Source of the DNA: a virus
Taxonomy: Duplodnaviria > Caudoviricetes
Direction: 5' to 3' (one strand)
DNA: 30,396 nt
Virus record (IMG/VR): IMGVR_UViG_3300032219_000225
Span: 1-30,396 of that record
Under the pieces are notes generated by a model. It was not told the DNA's origin. It was given only the letters and a program-made list of their open reading frames with translations, and made no database searches. Shown in pieces: positions 17,601 through 25,729 of this stretch (the stretch's first letter is position 1; every line of letters begins with the position of its first letter). A program made the translations under genes and the position numbers.

Positions 17601-18523
17601 GCCAAGAGTTGTACAAAGAAGCTCGCCGCCGTATGGCAGGTATCCTAGGCATGACGTTCTTGTATGGCGGTATAGAAGCCATGCCGTTCTTCTCTATGCT
17701 CGGCCCCATAGTAGCTATGTTTGCAGGTGGTGGGGAAGACGAAGAAGACCCAGCTTTATTTGAATGGCATAGCTGGTTCCGTAACTATATGCAAGAAACA
17801 TTTGGTGGTGCTACCGGAGCCATATTAGCTAGAGGTGCTGGTACGGCAGTATCAGGAGGTGCTTTATCAGAGCGCGTAAGCCTTGACCTAAAAGATCTTT
17901 GGTATCGCGATGGCAGGTACTCGCCCGATGTGCGCCAAGGTGTTCTAGAGACTGCAATTGCAAACTCTGGCCCCGTTGTAGGTTTAGGTATGAACTTTAT
18001 AGACGCATATAGTTTGGCAAAAGAAGGTCAACTGGAACGTGCATTTGAAAAGTTTCTTCCTGCGATTGCTGCAAAACCATTGGTCGGTGCTCGTATAGCC
18101 ACTGAAGAGGGGCGAACCCGTAGAGGTATAGAGTTGGCAGGGGACTTCTCTGCGTGGGAGATTGCGATACAGTCGATTGGTTTACAGCCTGAGCGCTTTG
18201 CAATAGCTCAGAAGAATGCCATTGATGCAAAGTTGCACGAACAAAAAGTACTTACTGAAAAGAACGCTCTTCTTAATCGTTTATGGATGGAACGGGACAC
18301 GGATGAATACGACAGCGTCTTGGACAAAATAAGTGACTTTAACGACCGCCACCCAGTCTTGGCAATTACAGGCAAAACTATTCAAGACTCGTTTAAAAAC
18401 CGTGCCAAGAACCAAGCTGTTGCAGAAAACTTAGGAGTGCAGTTGGCAAATCCTAAGATGATTGAGGAAGTAGAACCAAAACTTAGGTACAAACCCTATA
18501 GCGTCTTTGGCAAGAATGAATAA
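11675..18523 (+). CDS. Large polyvalent virion protein (ejection protein with a zincin-like metallopeptidase motif and a PLxRFG domain)
   Basis: 2282 aa; N-terminal DPF repeats, a Gly-zipper hydrophobic segment, HEAVH at 15068-15082 with downstream EFVSE, and PLRRFG at 16109-16126. It is the last gene of the structural arm. Confidence 0.8.
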   Translation: MAIIDPFEAQQTQRRGIVDPFEAQPAPQIVDPFAPKPEEEGFITGLGKSIYGGARDTGGSLYSAGATAVGANQSVIESAQAAAARSPEQAKALQAYQADIQKRKQAGDEGLLAGIKNVVGATVDNPEGALQMVVSQLPNTAVALGAGAAGAGTGAAIGSVVPGVGTAIGGTVGFLVGLFGANTALELGNKAQEKARDGEFTDAERYEAMKEGVVKGATITAVDAATFGASKWVMGTANRAVETATVRTIESAGIDAAKATTSIKEAQAKALGAAAGQGKEATTAAVEKATVEAMAREGLTDPALVASIRQAQAKALEGVNTVARKAGRGGAALGLESTGEGLGEYLGEYAATGEASPTEAVLEALAGLSMSVAELHGATRLDKPGALTGGTNAIYSQYSRALDDQLKAEETKVTEQLTAQLGRPPTEEELNAKLDQLYGTPAGSTDVSGGTGASVPIPSGGAPAGGTAGAGIPVGEELATDTGAAGEAGVGKKPQLGALAPGITLTPIPYEFQSQAGQGQPVVKNAGENNIIDYSGRKIVLADVNGVQVPFYLSTGSGGKKDVPAGKWYPFFGIGSDGWINKTGGKEMAGYYGSEVLRNTASMLDSTIGDIRNDSSIPKVGRTGTHINAINTGFTPSENGTDATETTVRSNIANLLNQIDDKGLLNNGLADLKAKKAEAKKIARTNFDTALDQVGEYSSLEEALDSYRQNTIDTLIDNGEKNTDVLDAAGDAFDKMVREYEVPQEPTPAATVKKFDQLSPAEIAEQNNLKAEVAKISDELETLGGDPNFISGMRLNARRESKVVLDEKGMDFYRSKLEEQRQLKGKAPEKFSEERGLGTYLQDKPKSIDRYKKYVTGSSISSALAKVNAALQKLTNSLNNRGFKVDAINNATPDASAKEAKKLLSQLAGSAERLLTKHEAVAKNYKSADPDAVKAAERQVNNDIRAINNFLESEEMGGAAFAREEPLPQLAGMHPETATAIQENDITGALLAMSRNTSGFFSDLARRLAELKLKSGISFDNERNLVRRAIDLKTTQQQKRLFTYIRVTYPTYYDKYFENYDREENLEKVDEGLRAISKLNLGPVIDEYNEVLEQYEKNIPGLTAPGAYFPQFNEVTLNTKTRTGTGNRVMLHEAVHAATVAMLAKDTTKLTPEQQQAVQALWDMYRYAKNVLPPGHYGMTNIYEFVSEVFTNKKFQDQLRVIPYKVKGQKGGFLTAFIQKVMDLFGINNLASSAMTQAEKLFSAEVPSTTAPSGPKFAKGKRTLKPKGPVSTPDTSRTAESVARTYIDVINDAIKGRTTWDEARKEMSSTLWSAEGGNVRKAMLGFLNLRQLADLTATKFPQLTGAIKVIEQMLSYRGAKLKRAESTTVKWIAAQRRDPQMSALMSRVMLEATMRGIDPDTAKAGTLNKPLEDAWNALDKDFKEIYREVRDFYADSVKDMVDTLKERAKAHGTPTEIAQRLKDIDAQFGPDKLVKPYFPLRRFGDHWFQVGTGNFKEFYTFESRSTRDLTMNKRRKELMAGNAQQQKAAESLFAGSGTSDLFSSMSTTKVIQDAQKLIDNIGSGLNLATETGASAAAKLKDEMKDTLNQLLYITLPQTSMRKMFINRKSVQGASEDMLRVFATTAVHSAYQQSRLKYAEAFLGNLVNAREYVKNFPSARQAIYDDYIKEVEARTQTILSTEDTSTAAKAAGRLSEATFYFMLSAPFTAMLNIIGATAIAMPYIGARYGYAKSNALMLKNLGKYTATAPTRTFAPMAAGKFLEVQFPSIVEGGKLSPILQRAADLFVADGDITISLTNDINNLSERPSGLYTGNFDNVKKVLSGLFHQSERLNREVVLMTTFELAYEKFSDADKTDLQGVIERDKTTGQPIKYTKEEAFEAAIAESREIAGQTLGDFSRQMKPRYFTSPLMSILTKFKQYAVLATYVVMRNLYLSIGAPFSKNELKEFRAQLEKDLKTDPDKDAIVKQRMGEIEGQRQELYKEARRRMAGILGMTFLYGGIEAMPFFSMLGPIVAMFAGGGEDEEDPALFEWHSWFRNYMQETFGGATGAILARGAGTAVSGGALSERVSLDLKDLWYRDGRYSPDVRQGVLETAIANSGPVVGLGMNFIDAYSLAKEGQLERAFEKFLPAIAAKPLVGARIATEEGRTRRGIELAGDFSAWEIAIQSIGLQPERFAIAQKNAIDAKLHEQKVLTEKNALLNRLWMERDTDEYDSVLDKISDFNDRHPVLAITGKTIQDSFKNRAKNQAVAENLGVQLANPKMIEEVEPKLRYKPYSVFGKNE
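12966..13172 (+). CDS. Nested 68-aa acidic helical protein overprinted in the +1 frame of the large virion gene
   Basis: AGGAGG at 12954-12959, 6 nt before the ATG. Glu/Leu-rich product; the host frame is a low-complexity Gly/Ala/Pro linker over the same span. Confidence 0.65.
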   Translation: MQSSTNSTEHPPVLQMSVEELELAFQFLVGEPPQEVPQELEYLSEKNWLQILELLERLEWERNRSSVH

Positions 18524-18549
18524 AAAAACCCCCGCACATAGGCGGGGGT
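18522..18549 (-). terminator. Rho-independent terminator at the convergence of the two arms
   Basis: Stem CCCCCGC (18529-18535) / GCGGGGG (18542-18548) with a 6-nt loop; A7 at 18522-18528 gives a U-tract on the - strand transcript. Confidence 0.8.
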
Positions 18550-18594
18550 AAAGAGGGGTTTTCGGAGAGAGGCAACCACCTGTTGCCAATCATA

Positions 18595-18792
18595 CTACCT
18601 TATTCGCCAAACACGCAAGCCCTTAATACCGTTTTCGATCACGGGCTTTATGGCAATCTTGAATCCTAGACGTTTTGCCACAACACGTATGTCCTTTTTT
18701 CCTTCTTCAATACGAAGACACGGAACAAAGAATGACCAACCTATGTGGAATTTGCGCCATGTTATGTTGTAAGGGATTCCATTAACTTGCAT
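18595..18792 (-). CDS. Small basic putative DNA-binding protein
   Basis: 65 aa; G.SFF.P ... G.RVWR pattern; overlaps the primase stop codon. Confidence 0.75.
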   Translation of the reverse strand: MQVNGIPYNITWRKFHIGWSFFVPCLRIEEGKKDIRVVAKRLGFKIAIKPVIENGIKGLRVWRIR

Positions 18793-21589
18793 CTTCTTGA
18801 GTGTCGTCGGCTTGCACGGCGTTTATGTACGCATCAGGGTCAAGGAAGTCGCCTTTAGAGCAGTCAAACACAAGAGCATCAACGGCTGGGACGCCGCCAA
18901 TCTTCGTGCCTTTTGCCATGCGCTTTTTCACCATGCCGAGATAGACACCTTGAGCAGTCAGGGAGTTGAGAATATCCTTGAGCGTGATCTGATGCTCCGA
19001 ACACCACTTGCGGAACTTTTTAGCCCCGATGAATAGTTTCTGCGTGTCCGGCTCCATGCGGATAATAAGCTCACCAAACGGCTCGGCAATCGGCAACATC
19101 TCGACCCCCGTGCGTTTATCCACCTCGTCGTTGATGACCAGCGTATTGCGGCGATGCTCGTTCCAAAACTCACCAACAACGCTGGAGTGGCTGCTTGCAG
19201 GGGGCTTGATCTCCTGCCGCATCTGCGAGAACTCGGCAAGCATCCATTTGAAGACACGACCAACGTCAATGTCAATCAGCCCAAGGCGTCTTGCAAATAA
19301 AGCACCAGCAATATTGCATGCTGCTACACCCGACCAAAATCGCTCACGGTTGGTAAAGCTGATCTTCTTGTCAATAATTACTTGAAGCTCCTTGATCTCA
19401 CGGATGCGCTCTTCCAAATTCTCAACAAGATCGCGGATGTATATACGCCCTGCATGTCCGTAGTTGGAGTAGAGCTTGGGGAATATCTCGTCGGCTTCTT
19501 GCTTTGACAGCAGCTTAGTTTCGGGCACTTCATACTCAATAACCCGCATCAACTCACCGTCAGGGGTGGACTTCAAGGTCTTGAGCTTGTCCACTATCGA
19601 AGCGTTAGAGCTACACAAGAGGATGGTTTGCCACTTCGCTTTATTAATGCGCTCGGCGTTCTCATTCGATTTCATACGCCCACGGCCTCGCCCCTGCGAA
19701 ACAGCATAGGCAAAGTCGCTAACATCATCTGCGCTCATTTTGGTTATCTCATCGCACCCCAAGCCAAGGTTGTTCATAACCCCAAGCCTGTGCAACCGCA
19801 CGTTCATAGTGTCACGCTGAATCAACATCACTTCCTCAGGATGCCCGTAGACGCTGTGCATGGCTTTGATTGCTGTGGTCTTACCTGTGCCGGACTCGTT
19901 GTTAATCATGTTGATGATTGCACCTTTGAGGTGTAGGTGCTTCATCAGCGGTGCGCCAAATGCAGTGAAAAACCCAAACGCCATAGGCTCAAAGCCGGGG
20001 CGGTCGTACACATTGACTACGGACTTCCACTCTTCCAGCGACCCCATCGGTATAAACCAATCTGACAACTCCTCTGTATAGCTAGAGGGCGGACTGTAGC
20101 TGTCGCTTGTGACTCCGATCTCGGTGTCGCCGACCACAAATGCTTTGTTGTCGATTGTCCAGCCAAACTGTGACCTCATAATTTCTGCTCCTTCTCTGCA
20201 TTGAAGTTCTTTTACTGATCTGACGATGTAGCCCATAATGGCATCCATCTGCTTCTTCATGCCGATAACACCGAACCACGCCAATTTTTCCCGTAGCTTG
20301 TCCGCAGTCAACAGGTCAACTGCCGGTAGCGCAAACTCTTTTATGCCGTCCCTTGGAGTATGGAGTCGCATCCATATTACTTCGCCTTTCTGCGGGTCTT
20401 TGAGGCGCTTGACCACATACAGATCATGCTCGTACACCAGCACGGCGTCATCTTCATCCTTGGCCTTAAAATAGACCCCGCCGTTCTTACCCCTAAAGTA
20501 TGGAAACGGATACTCAGGAATCTTATATACGACTGGAGCTGCTGCCTCAGTTATATATTCGACGGTATTGTCTTCTTCGGTTGCCTCGGCGATCTCTGCG
20601 CCCAGCACGATGGGGGAAGTAATTTTACCCTTGTGGGGGCAGTGGTCGCAGCCTCCCGGTATCAACTCTTCAAACTTAGCGCAGGTGTATGGCCCCCTGA
20701 TCTTCTGTACCTTTTCTTCCACCCCCTCAGGCGTGTAGCTAGGATGTTTCTCCGATACTGCATGTATAGCAGTTGCCGAGTCTACGCAGAACGCTGGTAT
20801 GGATAAGGTCGCCCTCCACTTGGGCTCGTCCGCAGTCTCTTGCTCACCAATAAGCTTTGCCAACTGCAAACAACCTGTGCCCTTGGCGTTCTTTGCCGTG
20901 ATAACACTGAACCTGTGTTGCTTGTTACCCATCAGAGCGCGTGTTAGATCGTTGATCTGAGAGGGTATGTGCGCAGGTGCGTTATCAGATATTGCGCCAA
21001 GACATGCTTTAAACGCTTTAAAATCAATTGGCTTTGAAAGACAAATGACCGTTACATCTAAAGGCGGCTCGCCCTTGAAGTTAAGCGTGTCCGGCATGCG
21101 CAGTATGGACGCTGCATCTGATGTACGGCTCGGGTCGGCCTCCAGCTTATGCTCATGGCACAGCGCCTTCAACCGCTTGGCTACAGGAGTCCACTCTTGT
21201 CTGGTTACCTCAGTAGTCAAAGGCCAGTACACATGTAGTCCGCGACCGGAGTTAACCATCGTCGGCTTTGGAAGGCCGAGTGTTTTGCAGAAAGACTGGA
21301 GCGCGGCTACGCCATCTGCTTGAGTTGCATAGGGCTTGTTTTCCCCGCAGTCAATATCCAGCCAAAATGCTTTGATCGCCAGCACATTGTCAGTCGATCG
21401 CGTCTTGTTAGTCTCATACTTTGCACAACCAAAATATACATCGTAGTTTTTAGCCAGTAAGTCAGCGACTTCTTTTTCAACTTCTTCAAGTTCCCGAACA
21501 AATATCTGTTTGGGCAACCCAGTCTTTTTCAGACCTACAACGCAGTACCATCCCTGTGGGGAAAGCACTGCTGATAACAATTCTGTCAT
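18782..21589 (-). CDS. Primase-helicase (AEP/RepB-type primase, Cys cluster, DUF927-type helicase)
   Basis: WLDIDCG and SGRGLHVYW primase motifs, ILRMP.T.NFK, C..C..CPH cluster, Walker A SGTGKTT and Walker B CDEIT. ATG at 21589 after AGGGG is preferred over 21631. Confidence 0.88.
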   Translation of the reverse strand: MTELLSAVLSPQGWYCVVGLKKTGLPKQIFVRELEEVEKEVADLLAKNYDVYFGCAKYETNKTRSTDNVLAIKAFWLDIDCGENKPYATQADGVAALQSFCKTLGLPKPTMVNSGRGLHVYWPLTTEVTRQEWTPVAKRLKALCHEHKLEADPSRTSDAASILRMPDTLNFKGEPPLDVTVICLSKPIDFKAFKACLGAISDNAPAHIPSQINDLTRALMGNKQHRFSVITAKNAKGTGCLQLAKLIGEQETADEPKWRATLSIPAFCVDSATAIHAVSEKHPSYTPEGVEEKVQKIRGPYTCAKFEELIPGGCDHCPHKGKITSPIVLGAEIAEATEEDNTVEYITEAAAPVVYKIPEYPFPYFRGKNGGVYFKAKDEDDAVLVYEHDLYVVKRLKDPQKGEVIWMRLHTPRDGIKEFALPAVDLLTADKLREKLAWFGVIGMKKQMDAIMGYIVRSVKELQCREGAEIMRSQFGWTIDNKAFVVGDTEIGVTSDSYSPPSSYTEELSDWFIPMGSLEEWKSVVNVYDRPGFEPMAFGFFTAFGAPLMKHLHLKGAIINMINNESGTGKTTAIKAMHSVYGHPEEVMLIQRDTMNVRLHRLGVMNNLGLGCDEITKMSADDVSDFAYAVSQGRGRGRMKSNENAERINKAKWQTILLCSSNASIVDKLKTLKSTPDGELMRVIEYEVPETKLLSKQEADEIFPKLYSNYGHAGRIYIRDLVENLEERIREIKELQVIIDKKISFTNRERFWSGVAACNIAGALFARRLGLIDIDVGRVFKWMLAEFSQMRQEIKPPASSHSSVVGEFWNEHRRNTLVINDEVDKRTGVEMLPIAEPFGELIIRMEPDTQKLFIGAKKFRKWCSEHQITLKDILNSLTAQGVYLGMVKKRMAKGTKIGGVPAVDALVFDCSKGDFLDPDAYINAVQADDTQEDAS

Positions 21590-21604
21590 TGCCGCCCCTG
21601 CATT

Positions 21605-21656
21605 GCGAAAAGATGGGCATCCTAGAGGCATAACAACGCCCCGTATTAGGATGCCC
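21605..21656 (-). terminator. Hairpin plus short U-tract between the HTH gene and the primase gene (terminator/attenuator candidate)
   Basis: Perfect 10-bp inverted repeat GGGCATCCTA (21615-21624) / TAGGATGCCC (21647-21656), followed on the - strand by ATCTTTT. Confidence 0.5.
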
Positions 21657-21663
21657 CGCTCGA

Positions 21664-21906
21664 TTACAAACTGAAATTAGCCCGCTCAAGAGTTTCTTCG
21701 ATCTTCAAAGCATGGTGCTTGCGGGGTATCCACTCACCAACAAACCATTTGTATATGGTCATTCTGCTTACTTTGAAGAACTCAGAAACATCTTTCACCG
21801 GAATCTCTTTGGCAATGCAGAATCTACCCAACACAACGCCGGGGCTGTCCGTGCTTGCCTCTAAGTTAGCTCGGATGATTCTTGACATGTAGCCACGGTT
21901 GTTCAT
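21664..21906 (-). CDS. HTH (Cro/XRE-like) DNA-binding protein
   Basis: VKDVSEFFKVSRMTIYKWF.G...P helix-turn-helix pattern. Start is 21906 or 21912. Confidence 0.8.
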   Translation of the reverse strand: MNNRGYMSRIIRANLEASTDSPGVVLGRFCIAKEIPVKDVSEFFKVSRMTIYKWFVGEWIPRKHHALKIEETLERANFSL

Positions 21907-21908
21907 AG

Positions 21909-22766
21909 TCACTCGTCGTCAGTCCAGCTACTAATCACATCCTTGAAGTCCTTCTTAGGGATGGGCTCGACATTCTTCTTGGATGTACGCTTTACAGGCT
22001 CAGGTACTTCTTCAACTTCAACCCTCTCAACCTTTACAACAGGTCTTGCTTTTACTTCGTCAGTAGCAGCGGCGGTTTGCATTATTGCGGAGCGAGCGGC
22101 AGGGCTATCGCCTTTCTCTTTTGCTATTTCCCACTCTTGCTCGGACAAGTATTTAACAGGCTTAAAGGTCAGCTTGGGCGTATCACTGTCGCTATCGAGG
22201 CGAAGCTCAGTCACCAAGGTATTGATGCTCTTGCCTTGAGCGCCGACATACTTGGCGTACTGTTGGAAAGGCATCTTGTCTAAATCGCCACGACCAAAGA
22301 TTGACTTGGCAGGCAATACCAGTTGAAATACATCGCCGTCAATATCGTCGGCTAATAAAACTGCCAGCCGTTGTTTGAATGTACAAGCACGGGAATCGTT
22401 TTGGCCTGAACCCTTGATGTTTTGGGGGCAGCCCTCGCAGGTCTTGGCTTGAGGTTCCTCGACTGACGCATCGGGTGCAGTGCCATCGTTAGACCAGCAA
22501 TCAGGTGCAGACGACTCGCCAGCTACATACTTGCCAGCATAAAACTGACGGGCAATGTTTCTGCCGCCGTTGACGATCACAACATTCATTGCGCGACCTT
22601 CGTTCTTGGCGATCTCTTCACCGTTGACCATCATGCGGAACACGCCGCCACGGATAGAGATACGCTTGAGGCCGGTATTACCAGCCAGTGACTTGGTTAA
22701 GTCATCAAGTCCTGCACGTTTGAGGTATGCGGGGACTTCTTGTTGGAACAAAGCTATTTCGCTCAT
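21909..22766 (-). CDS. Putative single-stranded DNA-binding/annealing protein with a Cys4 motif
   Basis: RBS AGGAG before ATG 22766. RISI.GG.F, C.S.DG..P...C..CPQN..GS....RAC, and an acidic/aromatic C-terminus (WTDDE); replication-module context. Confidence 0.65.
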   Translation of the reverse strand: MSEIALFQQEVPAYLKRAGLDDLTKSLAGNTGLKRISIRGGVFRMMVNGEEIAKNEGRAMNVVIVNGGRNIARQFYAGKYVAGESSAPDCWSNDGTAPDASVEEPQAKTCEGCPQNIKGSGQNDSRACTFKQRLAVLLADDIDGDVFQLVLPAKSIFGRGDLDKMPFQQYAKYVGAQGKSINTLVTELRLDSDSDTPKLTFKPVKYLSEQEWEIAKEKGDSPAARSAIMQTAAATDEVKARPVVKVERVEVEEVPEPVKRTSKKNVEPIPKKDFKDVISSWTDDE

Positions 22767-22788
22767 GGTTACTCCTGTGGTTAAAAAA

Positions 22789-23178
22789 TTACTTACGACG
22801 AACTGTGATTTCGTATTCACTATCTACATGCAATCCGGGTGGATGTGCTTCGGGGTTTTCATCCAAAAACTCTTTCATACTAGTTTGGTGGATGCGTTTC
22901 TCCAATAGCCCCATCGCTCCATGCTCTTGCATAAATTGATAAAGACTAGCCCAGTCATTAGTCCAGTAACGGTTTTTGACTGTGCGGTAGGCGACGCCTG
23001 ATGGAGAAGAAAAGCTAGTTGCTCCAGTCTCTTTGGAGATTTCCAATAGCTTATGTTTGAGGGTCTGCATGTCCTCTTCTAGTTGCGCGGTTTTTTCTTT
23101 GAACTCTTGGTACATCATGTCACGCTTATCACGTAACTTAATATACGTAGAGACTATCTGCTCTATGGGTATATCCAT
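22789..23178 (-). CDS. Conserved phage replication-module protein (coiled coil plus beta region; Gam/gp33-like)
   Basis: 129 aa; YIKLRD coiled coil, DW...Y.F...LLEKRI, PPGL. Strong RBS AAGGAG. Confidence 0.7.
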   Translation of the reverse strand: MDIPIEQIVSTYIKLRDKRDMMYQEFKEKTAQLEEDMQTLKHKLLEISKETGATSFSSPSGVAYRTVKNRYWTNDWASLYQFMQEHGAMGLLEKRIHQTSMKEFLDENPEAHPPGLHVDSEYEITVRRK

Positions 23179-23217
23179 ATCTCTCTCCTTCTATGTTTTT
23201 ACTGCCTCGGGGTATTT

Positions 23218-23245
23218 ATTATACCCTCTTTGTTGACTTTGTCAA
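23218..23245 (-). promoter_or_regulatory. Consensus sigma70 promoter for the Gam-like/SSB/HTH/primase operon
   Basis: TTGACA (23245-23240), 16 nt, TATAAT (23223-23218), upstream of the RBS and ATG 23178. Confidence 0.85.
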
Positions 23246-24795
23246 GAATTAATTTCGTTCTTGTACAAATCAATTATTTTTGCGTGGGATTCCAGTTTGT
23301 TTTGAAGCATCTCATATAACTTAGCTTCGACGGGGCTACCCTCGATGTGCACTACTGTTACTGGATTCTTCTGTCCTTGGCGGTGTACCCGTGCGTTAGC
23401 TTGCAGGTAGGTTTCGCTGGACGTAACTGGAGCGTACCATATCACCACATTAGCCGCAGTTAGGGTTACCCCGTGTGCCGCCGCTTGTGGTTGGATTAGC
23501 AGTACTTTCGGTTCCGTGTTTTCTTGGAAGCGTTTGAAAATATCAGTACGTTTGTTGACGTTTACACTACCATTTATTATCTCCGCAGTGATGTTGTTCT
23601 TATCCATAAACTCTTTGACAAGGTTTATGGCGTGGGTGTAGGGGATGAAGATCAGTACTTTATTTGCTGACTCCTCAATCACTTCCTGCAATACATTGAG
23701 GCGGGCCGACACATCAAATTCAATGACGTTCTTTGTATCAGTGTAGACAGCCCCACATGCAATCTGTAGTAACTTATTTAAGTTAGCCGCCGCATTAACC
23801 GCAGACACTTCTTCACCCACTGCTTCAATCAGAAAGTCCTTCTTGAGTTGCTTGTAGTATTTCAACTGTTGTGCGCTCAAGGGGGCAAAGCGAGATGTGT
23901 GCGTTACCTCGGGTAGGTCAAGACATTCTTTCTTGGTAAAGCGTATTGCTGGTTGCAGTAAATCATGCACGATTTCCGCCGCATTCGGTTTGGGTATCCA
24001 TTTGAATCGGGTGAGTTGATACATCACAGAATCTCTGTACATGCTATATATGCTTGGCGCTCTTGCGGGGACGCAGGCTTTTGCTAGCCCATACGCATCC
24101 AGTGGGGACTGCGCCGCAGGTGTGCCAGTCATCATCCATAGCCAAGTGGTCGGCGACATGATGTGCTTCAATGTCTTGAATCGCTCGGTGCGGGAGTTCT
24201 TGTATGCGTTTGCTTCGTCTATGATGATGAGGTCAAAGCCGCCATTCTTAATCTCGTCTCTTACGATACCGACGCCATCGTAGTTAATGATGATAAATTC
24301 AGAAATGCCATTGATGATCTGCTTGCGCTTGGCTCGGTCGCCGTAAGCTACATTCACACTGCGGTGTACAGCAAACTTAAACAAGTCGGCTTGCCATGCG
24401 GACTGCATGATGGATAGGGGGCATATGACCAACACGCGATTTATAACGCCCTGCTCCAGTAGGTAGTCTGCCGCCCATATCGCTGACGCTGTCTTGCCTG
24501 TACCTTGCTCGTTAAAACAAAAGCCACGCTGGTGCAGAGTCAGAAACGATGCGGTTTCTTTCTGATGGCTCATGGGCTTATACAGTCCGGGCCACCCGTA
24601 GTCGCGCACGATGGGCGATGGTGCAGACTTGATACCAAGTTTGCGTAGAGCTTGTGCCTCCTTCAACCCCCAGTTGACTGCAACCTCAGTTACATCGTCT
24701 TCCTGACCGATTGCGGTGCTCTTCTCGATTGCCTCAATGATGCGGCTCGGGTTCTTGGTGCGAACCACCAAGATTTTGTTGTCAATGATGTGCAT
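23242..24795 (-). CDS. SNF2-family (SF2) helicase
   Basis: EQGTGKT, IIIDEA, MMTGTP, HGVTLTAA and QANARVHRQGQ motifs. Confidence 0.92.
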   Translation of the reverse strand: MHIIDNKILVVRTKNPSRIIEAIEKSTAIGQEDDVTEVAVNWGLKEAQALRKLGIKSAPSPIVRDYGWPGLYKPMSHQKETASFLTLHQRGFCFNEQGTGKTASAIWAADYLLEQGVINRVLVICPLSIMQSAWQADLFKFAVHRSVNVAYGDRAKRKQIINGISEFIIINYDGVGIVRDEIKNGGFDLIIIDEANAYKNSRTERFKTLKHIMSPTTWLWMMTGTPAAQSPLDAYGLAKACVPARAPSIYSMYRDSVMYQLTRFKWIPKPNAAEIVHDLLQPAIRFTKKECLDLPEVTHTSRFAPLSAQQLKYYKQLKKDFLIEAVGEEVSAVNAAANLNKLLQIACGAVYTDTKNVIEFDVSARLNVLQEVIEESANKVLIFIPYTHAINLVKEFMDKNNITAEIINGSVNVNKRTDIFKRFQENTEPKVLLIQPQAAAHGVTLTAANVVIWYAPVTSSETYLQANARVHRQGQKNPVTVVHIEGSPVEAKLYEMLQNKLESHAKIIDLYKNEINS

Positions 24796-25061
24796 TACTT
24801 TACCGAACGGTCGCTGTTACGTGCATAAGAACGATTTGCGGATGCGGGTTTAGCTTTTAGGTTAGACCGCACAGTCTTGCCACCCTTGCTGAGAGGCGTC
24901 TTGTGGTCAACATCTTTGCCGTCACCCTTGTGTACAACACCTTCACGCTCCAACATGGCGCGGGCTTTGTTTCGTGCGGCTCGTTTCTTTTTGACGGCGG
25001 GTGTGCCGTCATACTGCTCGTACTCTTTTTTGTATGGGCGGGGTTTATTAACGTACGGCAT
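24795..25061 (-). CDS. Small HNH-type endonuclease-like protein
   Basis: DVDHKTPLSKGG....NL......NRS (H-N-N variant) with a basic N-terminus. Confidence 0.75.
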   Translation of the reverse strand: MPYVNKPRPYKKEYEQYDGTPAVKKKRAARNKARAMLEREGVVHKGDGKDVDHKTPLSKGGKTVRSNLKAKPASANRSYARNSDRSVK

Positions 25062-25063
25062 GA

Positions 25064-25726
25064 TTACTTCCTTCCATTGTGTTCGCAGTCAATGACTGCA
25101 CAAAACTTGCGGCATGTGAAGTTGGGTTTGGGATTCCACATGTCGGTCTCAAACGATTTCTCCAGTCGCTCTATCTCAGGCAACCACCTCTGCCAAGCCT
25201 CAGGTTGCTGTTCAGTGGTGAACTCGGCACGGACTAAGTCTTGGGCGACAAGAAACATCAGCCCACACTTGATCGATTTGACCTGTGGGAAGTGCTTGAA
25301 CACCAGCAACGACAACAACTCCAACTGCTTGGTGTCGGCATACTGACTGCTCCTGCCTGTTTTGTAATCAATGATACGTGCTTTGTCGCCGTTAATGATA
25401 AGTAAGTCAGCGATACCACGGAACCACGCATTCTTAGCGTTGAACTCGCATGGCTCAAAATCCTTGGTCAGCGCCATCTCGTACTCACAATACTTCTCTC
25501 CGGGCATCTCCTTTAAGGGGTCAAGGTGCTGTTGTATGAAAGCGTATTGTGGTGGAATCGGCGTTCCGGCCCCGATGTAATCTTCAGCGACTTTGTGTAC
25601 CACCTTACCGTAATCTAGATGCGCTTGGGGTGGTTCGACAATATCTTTTGCCACACGCATGTGGTAATACTTGCGGGGGCATTGCTGAAACAGCGAGATG
25701 CTGGAGTACGACCATGTATAACTCAT
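25064..25726 (-). CDS. PD-(D/E)xK exonuclease (RecB/Cas4-like, probable Fe-S cluster)
   Basis: WSYSS...CPR.Y, GK.VH, RGIADL, IIDYKTG, QL.L, and C-terminal C...C....C. Confidence 0.88.
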   Translation of the reverse strand: MSYTWSYSSISLFQQCPRKYYHMRVAKDIVEPPQAHLDYGKVVHKVAEDYIGAGTPIPPQYAFIQQHLDPLKEMPGEKYCEYEMALTKDFEPCEFNAKNAWFRGIADLLIINGDKARIIDYKTGRSSQYADTKQLELLSLLVFKHFPQVKSIKCGLMFLVAQDLVRAEFTTEQQPEAWQRWLPEIERLEKSFETDMWNPKPNFTCRKFCAVIDCEHNGRK

Positions 25727-25729
25727 TGA

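Noticed and set aside
92-18230. Many minus-strand ORFs under the structural genes
   Set aside because: They are antisense shadows of long sense ORFs, with no RBS or recognisable motifs.
21590-22820. Longer track starts for the primase (21631) and SSB (22820)
   Set aside because: The downstream ATGs at 21589 and 22766 have proper RBSs; the extensions run through a hairpin or the upstream gene.
23233-23262. Divergent plus-strand promoter from TTGACT
   Set aside because: No acceptable -10 box at 16-18 nt spacing.
24795-25061. HNH gene as part of an intron or intein
   Set aside because: It is free-standing and coupled between intact genes; the polymerase and helicase show no interruption.
25064-25726. 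Cas4-like nuclease as evidence of a CRISPR system
   Set aside because: No repeat-spacer array or other cas genes; such exonucleases are routine in phage replication modules.
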